Source of the DNA: Coprothermobacterota bacterium
GTDB taxonomy: Bacteria > Caldisericota > JANLFM01
Length of the DNA stretch: 64,000 bases
Assembly (NCBI GenBank): GCA_026389455.1
Contig: JAPLHV010000157.1
Coordinates: 10,786-74,785, forward strand
Direction of reading: 5' to 3'
Part shown: positions 57,988 to 64,000 of the stretch, one piece after another
How positions within the stretch are numbered: position 1 is the first letter of the stretch
Layout: every line of letters begins with the position of its first letter
Translations under genes and position numbers: made by a program
Notes under the pieces: model-generated
Told to the model about the DNA's origin: nothing
Seen by the model: the letters and a program-made list of their open reading frames with translations, nothing else
Database searches by the model: none

Positions 57988-59241
57988 TTAGCCTTCCCCA
58001 GTTTTTCCTCCGCCTTCTTGCGGGTGGGGAGGGGAGTCGGGGGACGTCTGCTTGTCAGTGAGCGAGAGGAAACCTCCAAAGAGACGATATTCATCCAGCC
58101 GGCAAGAGTTGACGAACTGTCCTTCATGGATGGTGATGTCGGGGCAACTGTCGCACATATCGGCTCGACCGTCCGGCATCACGTCTGGCGCCTGAATAAT
58201 GCCGATGCTCTGAACGTAGATTGTTTCAAAGAGGCGGCCGGGGTGGCGCAGCACGTCTCTGCCCCAGCAGCGGGCAGCTTTCTTGATCTCTTTATCGAAG
58301 GGGGCAGCCATGAAAACCTTCGAGCCGATCCTGGCTTGGGCCATATAGGCGAGATAGGTTCCTCGGAAAAGATGATGAAATACTTGAGATGCCTCCATGG
58401 CCTTCTTTCCCACCGAGCCGTAAATGGCCTTGCGCGAGCCGATCAGGGCGCCGCTAAGCCACTTGATGGAGTCGTGGCGGATGCTTCCGCCCAGGTAGCC
58501 GGAGGCCGCCAACTGCGGACAGTGTTCCTGCAAGATACGGTAAACCTCGGGGCTGGTGACGAAGCGCTCGTCGAATTTGTCGCGCACGTAGCTTAGCTTG
58601 GTCAAGTCCACTTCTTGCTTAGTGATATCGGTCCCCACCTGAGACTCGGTGGCGGTTCGATAGGTAATAAATACCAGGCCATGGACCCGGTCAATATTAG
58701 CCTGCGCCCAAGCGGCCACATCGGGGATCTCTTGGAAGGTGGAGGGATAGACCGTGGAATTGAAGACCACATAGAGTCCGCCCACCTCGGCGATCATGTC
58801 GGCGTACTTCTGACGGAGCTGGTTGTGCTCTTTCTCGCTCTTCCCGACCCAACCCGGTCGTCCCTGGTGGCTGTCGATATGGATGGTAAAGCCGGCCAAC
58901 CCGGCTTTCTTCAACTCTCGCAAAAGTTCGGGTGTGAGAGCAAGGGCGTTGGTCAGGACAATCGGCTTGATCTTGTTTTGCCGGATGAAAGCGACGATGT
59001 CCAGGATCTGCGGATGAATCAACGGTTCGCCACCCGCCAGCGATACATTATCCGGGTTGCGCCAGCGCTTGAAGAAAAGAACCTCTTCCTTGATTTGATC
59101 CAGCGATTTGTGTCCTGTCATGAACTGCCGGTAGCAACCCTCACAGTGAATATTGCAGATGTCCGACACTTCCAGCCAAGCGATAGGGTTGTCATTCATC
59201 GACCAGGGAAAGCGGTAAAGCTCTCGTTTGTCGATTGTCAT
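57988..59241 (-). CDS. Radical SAM protein with Cys-containing C-terminal domain (HpnH/DUF3463-like architecture, tentative)
   Basis: CNIHCEGC (CX3CX2C) motif near the N-terminus; C-terminal CDSCPD...C motif; alternative TTG start at 59253. Confidence 0.6.
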   Translation of the reverse strand: MTIDKRELYRFPWSMNDNPIAWLEVSDICNIHCEGCYRQFMTGHKSLDQIKEEVLFFKRWRNPDNVSLAGGEPLIHPQILDIVAFIRQNKIKPIVLTNALALTPELLRELKKAGLAGFTIHIDSHQGRPGWVGKSEKEHNQLRQKYADMIAEVGGLYVVFNSTVYPSTFQEIPDVAAWAQANIDRVHGLVFITYRTATESQVGTDITKQEVDLTKLSYVRDKFDERFVTSPEVYRILQEHCPQLAASGYLGGSIRHDSIKWLSGALIGSRKAIYGSVGKKAMEASQVFHHLFRGTYLAYMAQARIGSKVFMAAPFDKEIKKAARCWGRDVLRHPGRLFETIYVQSIGIIQAPDVMPDGRADMCDSCPDITIHEGQFVNSCRLDEYRLFGGFLSLTDKQTSPDSPPHPQEGGGKTGEG

Positions 59242-59404
59242 CGGCTCAACCAATCAGCGCTAATTTGTGGGACACAGTTCACGAATTCCACTCTTTCTCC
59301 CGTCCTTTGCATTTTGAGTCAGTAACACCCTGCCGGGGGCTTTTAACTTGCCGAGGGCTATAATGCTGCCGGGGGTCATATTGTAGCACCGCCGGCGAGG
59401 GCGT

Positions 59405-59432
59405 CCAAAAAACACCGGCCCCGAAGGGCCGG
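59405..59432 (-). terminator. Rho-independent terminator of eno (7-bp GC stem CCGGCCC/GGGCCGG, then T6 on the minus strand)
   Basis: Minus-strand reading ccggcccttcggggccggtgttttttgg lies 34 nt downstream of the eno stop. Confidence 0.7.
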
Positions 59433-59465
59433 CGCAGCGATCTCTCATCGAGAAGTCATAGAGTC

Positions 59466-60785
<1,320 letters not shown>

Positions 60786-60882
60786 TCAATATCATGCTGC
60801 CGCAAGTTATCATTTTCCCCGAAGGCTCAGGAAAATGCAAGCTATTCTCCCCTTTCTTGGGGTGAGCCCTTCAAGCTAGACA

Positions 60883-61051
60883 AGCCCCCGGCAACTTGAT
60901 AGCCCCCGGCAACTTGATAGCCCCCGGCAACTTGATAGCCCCCGGCAACTTGATAGCCCCCGGCAACTTGATAGCCCCCGGCAACTTGATAGCCCCCGGC
61001 ACCCGGCAACTTGATAGCCCCCGGCAACTTGATAGCCCCCGGCAGGGCGAT
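60883..61051 (+). repeat. Tandem array of about nine 18-bp units AGCCCCCGGCAACTTGAT (one 25-bp variant)
   Basis: Direct reading; the track ORF 60896-61942 begins inside it (MIAPGNLIAPGN...), but the true degV start is downstream. Confidence 0.9.
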
Positions 61052-61090
61052 ATCGTTGAGCTTCCTTCCCAGAGGCATTACAATAACTAT

Positions 61091-61942
61091 ATGAGCGAAT
61101 ACTCCGTTGTGGTGGACAGCGTCGCCGATCTTCCCCGGGAGACGGTGGGAACATTGGGGATCGTAGAGGTTCCTTTCCCGGTGGTGTTTGGTAATCAAAC
61201 CTTTAAAGACAAAGTTGACCTGAAGTCCAAACAGTTCTTCCAGATGTTGCGCAGCAAGCTGGATTATCCCAAAACATCCGCCCCACCGGTGGGTGAATAC
61301 CTGACGATCTTCCAACGCCTGATCTCGGAAGGGCGCAAAGTATTAACCTTGACCATCCCGGCGAGGAACAGCGGCGCCTACCAGTCGGCGACGTTGGCGC
61401 GGTCTCTTCTGGAGCATGGTGAGGTGGAAATCGTCGATAGCGGTTCGATCTCGATGGGGTTGGGGTTGATCGCTATGGAGGCGGTGGAGGCGGTCGGCCA
61501 GGAAAGAACCAGGGAACGTATCTTGGAGCGTATCCAGCAAGTCATCGCCCGTGTCCAAATATTGGCTGTAATCCCTGATCTGACCTGGGCAGCCCGCGGG
61601 GGGCGAGTCTCGTCGGCGGTCGCGCGGATTGCCTCCTTGTTGAATGTCCACCCGATGATCCGCCTGCGCCATGGGGTGATCGAGCTGGTGAGCAAGGCCA
61701 ACCCCTCCCAGACCATCGACAAACTGATTCAGCGGGTCAAGGCCGCAGTGGGCAAGCAGCCGGCTGGTATTGCGGTGATGCATGGGGATAGCAGCGAGCA
61801 GGCCTACGAGTTGAAACGACGCCTTCTACTGGAGATCAACTGCCCCAAGGAAATCCTGATCTCCGAGGTGGGACCGGCTCTTGGCTCACATTCCGGCCCG
61901 GACGTTCTAGCGGTAGCGTTTTACCCTCTCTCGCCTGTGTAA
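61091..61942 (+). CDS. DegV-family fatty-acid-binding protein
   Basis: N-terminus MSEYSVVVDSVADLP and overall DegV layout; the start was chosen at the first Met after the repeat array. Confidence 0.7.
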   Translation: MSEYSVVVDSVADLPRETVGTLGIVEVPFPVVFGNQTFKDKVDLKSKQFFQMLRSKLDYPKTSAPPVGEYLTIFQRLISEGRKVLTLTIPARNSGAYQSATLARSLLEHGEVEIVDSGSISMGLGLIAMEAVEAVGQERTRERILERIQQVIARVQILAVIPDLTWAARGGRVSSAVARIASLLNVHPMIRLRHGVIELVSKANPSQTIDKLIQRVKAAVGKQPAGIAVMHGDSSEQAYELKRRLLLEINCPKEILISEVGPALGSHSGPDVLAVAFYPLSPV

Positions 61943-62206
61943 AGCCCCTCCATTCTGAGCCTTCTCCTCCCGCTGCTTCCCTGCTCTGTTGCTGGGACTG
62001 CCGCCCCCATGGCATCTTTGCTTGTGCTGGGATGGGACCGTGGCGCCCCAGTGCGGCATGCATGAATCGTATCGACTTGTACTGTTGACACCCTGCCGGG
62101 GGCTATGTTGTTCTTGGCCGGTCAGACCTTTTCGCGGAATTCCACCTTGGCGCAAACGACCAATCAAATGATCAGTCCATCAAACGACCATTAGAGTGAA
62201 GAGCTT

Positions 62207-63577
62207 TCAGGCGGGAAGGGCGATATTCCGCTTCCATCGTCCCTGACGGTAGAAAAGAATCAGGAAGACAGCGCGGATGGTCCAGTCGATGCTTGTTGCC
62301 AGCCAGACACCTGCCAGGCCCCAACCGAAGACGAAGGCAAAGAGGTAGACCAGCAGGATCCGTGCGCCAAGAACCCCGGCCAGAGTTGCCAGCATGGGGC
62401 TGCGCGTATCTCCCGCTCCTCGCAAGGCGCCGCCCAAGACATTGAATACGGCCAAGCCGGGTTGTTCCAGTCCACCCAACTGGATGGCGATGCCGGCCAG
62501 TGCGATCACTTCTGGCGTGCTGCCGAAAAGGGAAGCCAGTTGGCGGCCGAAAAGGAGGAAGAGCAGGCCGAAGGTTCCCAGGACAGCCAAGCTGAAGTAC
62601 ATCGTGCGCCAGGTGCTGCGTTCGGCCATGACGGATTGTCCCGCTCCCATGTACTGGCCGCTCAGCGTGGTTCCGGCCACGCCGAACCCCCACCCAGGCA
62701 TATAGGAGACCGACTCGATGCTGTTGGCGATTTGGTGAGCGGCCAAGGCGATTTCCCCCAGTGCCGAGACAAGGCGCATGAAGACCAACTGCGCGGTGCG
62801 GAAGATGAGTTGTTCCCAGAAGGCCGGACCGGCAAGGCGAATGATCTGCCGGATCAGCCGGCGCCGCGGGAGAAGGTGCCGCACCCGCAGGAAGAAGTCG
62901 CCCTGGCCGCGCCAGGTTAGCAAGATGACGATCAACCCCCCTCCGGCATTGGTTGTGAGGATGGCCAAGGCTGCGCCGCGCACTCCCAAGGCAGGAAACC
63001 CCCAAGCGCCGAAAATTAGTGGGTACGCTAGAAAGACATGCAGCAAGGTGATCAAGCCTGTGACTTTCATCGGTGTCCGGGTATTGCCACTTCCGCGCAT
63101 TCCGCCAAAGAGGACGATCCCCGGGAAGAAGAGCAGATTTCCCACGAGGAGTGCCTGCAAATAATAGGCGCCCAAGGAGACAGCTTCCCCTTGAAGTCCC
63201 ATCAGACGCATCAAGGAGTCAGCGAGGGGGTAACCAGCCAGGAGGAAAACGAGTGCGCTAAGGAAAGAGAAGACGAGTGCCTGGCCGAGGATCTCGCGCC
63301 CGAAGGAGGGGTCATCGGCGCCCCAAGCACGAGCCACTAACGAGGTGGAAGCCACTGCCACGGAGGCGAATAGATTGCTAAGGACGAAATTGATGAAACC
63401 GCCAATCGCTAAGGCAGAGAGAGCGGCCGGGTTGTGCAACCAGCCGATCATCAAGGTGTCGGTGAAGGTGGCGGTGGTCAGGAGGAGGTTTTCGGCGACG
63501 GCAGGGAAGGCCAGAGAAACGATGGCCCGGTTTAAGGCCGGGCCGGGTTGGGAAGGAAGGCGGAGGGCCCGGTTCAA
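62207..63577 (-). CDS. MATE-family multidrug/sodium efflux transporter
   Basis: 456 aa with 12 predicted TM segments and a duplicated MatE-domain pattern. Confidence 0.8.
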   Translation of the reverse strand: MNRALRLPSQPGPALNRAIVSLAFPAVAENLLLTTATFTDTLMIGWLHNPAALSALAIGGFINFVLSNLFASVAVASTSLVARAWGADDPSFGREILGQALVFSFLSALVFLLAGYPLADSLMRLMGLQGEAVSLGAYYLQALLVGNLLFFPGIVLFGGMRGSGNTRTPMKVTGLITLLHVFLAYPLIFGAWGFPALGVRGAALAILTTNAGGGLIVILLTWRGQGDFFLRVRHLLPRRRLIRQIIRLAGPAFWEQLIFRTAQLVFMRLVSALGEIALAAHQIANSIESVSYMPGWGFGVAGTTLSGQYMGAGQSVMAERSTWRTMYFSLAVLGTFGLLFLLFGRQLASLFGSTPEVIALAGIAIQLGGLEQPGLAVFNVLGGALRGAGDTRSPMLATLAGVLGARILLVYLFAFVFGWGLAGVWLATSIDWTIRAVFLILFYRQGRWKRNIALPA

Positions 63578-64000
63578 CGATGGCCCTGGCTATTTCGCGG
63601 TAGGGTGAACCAGACGCGCGTGCCCCTTCCCAGCTCAGACTCAATTCCCATACGGCCGCCGTGCGCCTCCACCAATGCCTTGCTCAGGAAAAGGCCAAGG
63701 CCTGATCCGGAAGCATTGAAGGATTGCGTCGAGCTGCTGCGGAAGAAGCGTTCAAATATATGAAGCTGCTCTTCTCGAGAGATGCCAAAACCGCGATCAC
63801 GTATGGCGAAGGTTACTCCGGCTTTCTCCTCTAGAAGCGAGAGAGTCACTTTCCCCCCCGGCATAGAGTATTTGATGGCGTTGGAGAGCAGGTTCCCCAG
63901 GACTTGCAGAGTTCGCTCCCGGTCAAGATAGAGTTGTTGCAACCCTTCGCCGGCTTCCAACTCTAGGGTCAACTTCTTCGATGCGGCTTCTGGTTCCATT
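63574..64000 (-). CDS. Sensor histidine kinase, C-terminal HATPase_c part (5' end beyond the window)
   Basis: N-box LLSNAIKYS and the G2 box GSGLGLFLSKALVEAHGG; ATGA overlap with the MATE start. Confidence 0.8.
   Translation of the reverse strand, partial: MEPEAASKKLTLELEAGEGLQQLYLDRERTLQVLGNLLSNAIKYSMPGGKVTLSLLEEKAGVTFAIRDRGFGISREEQLHIFERFFRSSSTQSFNASGSGLGLFLSKALVEAHGGRMGIESELGRGTRVWFTLPRNSQGHR

Noticed and set aside
60896-61090. Track start of the DegV ORF inside the repeat array (MIAPGNLIAPGN...).
   Set aside because: The N-terminal extension is repeat-encoded, and a proper Met (MSEYSVVVDS) precedes the conserved DegV core at 61091.

Overview
The window is a 64 kb high-GC bacterial chromosomal segment read directly from sequence and the ORF track; no taxon can be assigned, and no database search or alignment was run. 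It contains four main blocks.

(1) Positions 1-21261 hold a catabolic locus: a DUF1116/YlbE-like gene cut by the window edge and a cyclase-family (kynurenine-formamidase-like) hydrolase. These are followed by a three-subunit Mo-hydroxylase of the xanthine-dehydrogenase/CoxSML family, with an SsnA-like amidohydrolase, a class-III aminotransferase and a nitroreductase lying between the 2Fe-2S subunit and the Mo subunit. A BMP-family (nucleoside-type) ABC importer follows directly; its lipoprotein binding component carries two tandem BMP domains. Next come a Zn alcohol dehydrogenase, an unknown protein, a Na+-translocating acyl-CoA decarboxylase module (carboxyltransferase, OadG-like, biotin carrier, OadB) and an ArsB/NhaD-type transporter.

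(2) Positions 21296-32712 are bounded by two roughly 140 bp direct repeats of about 90% identity. This segment carries a lone OadB paralog and a second, translationally coupled Mo-hydroxylase operon continuing into FdrA-like, DUF1116/YlbE-like and cyclase genes. It also carries a XerC/D-family tyrosine recombinase preceded by a consensus sigma70 promoter and a perfect 11-6-11 dif-like palindrome. This is a candidate integrative island or segmental duplication.

(3) The third block is housekeeping and accessory genes: two of the three AmmeMemoRadiSam components (radical SAM and MEMO1), cspA, htrA, purA, tRNA-Pro(GGG), der, cmk, rimO, ridA, a rodZ-like gene, lysE, a threonine-dehydratase-like gene, an ArsR regulator, cbpA, clpB, hisK-type PHP phosphatase, DcyD-like, HAD, a radical-SAM/nitroreductase pair, eno, degV and a MATE transporter. 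A histidine-kinase gene runs off the right edge.

(4) The locus is peppered with GC-rich short repeats: an 18-mer family CACCCTGCCGGGGGCTAT in both orientations and in 18/25-nt tandem arrays, a 13-bp-stem hairpin CAGCCTGCGGCAG-N11-CTGCCGCAGGCTG, and a GGGACCGTGGCGCCCCAGTGCGGCAT motif. Several copies lie inside coding termini and supply the first or last residues of proteins. One copy appears to frameshift a membrane-protein gene, and one TIR-flanked 161-bp element abuts a ClpB reading frame that appears to end short of the usual C-terminus. No CRISPR array, rRNA gene or transposase gene was seen.
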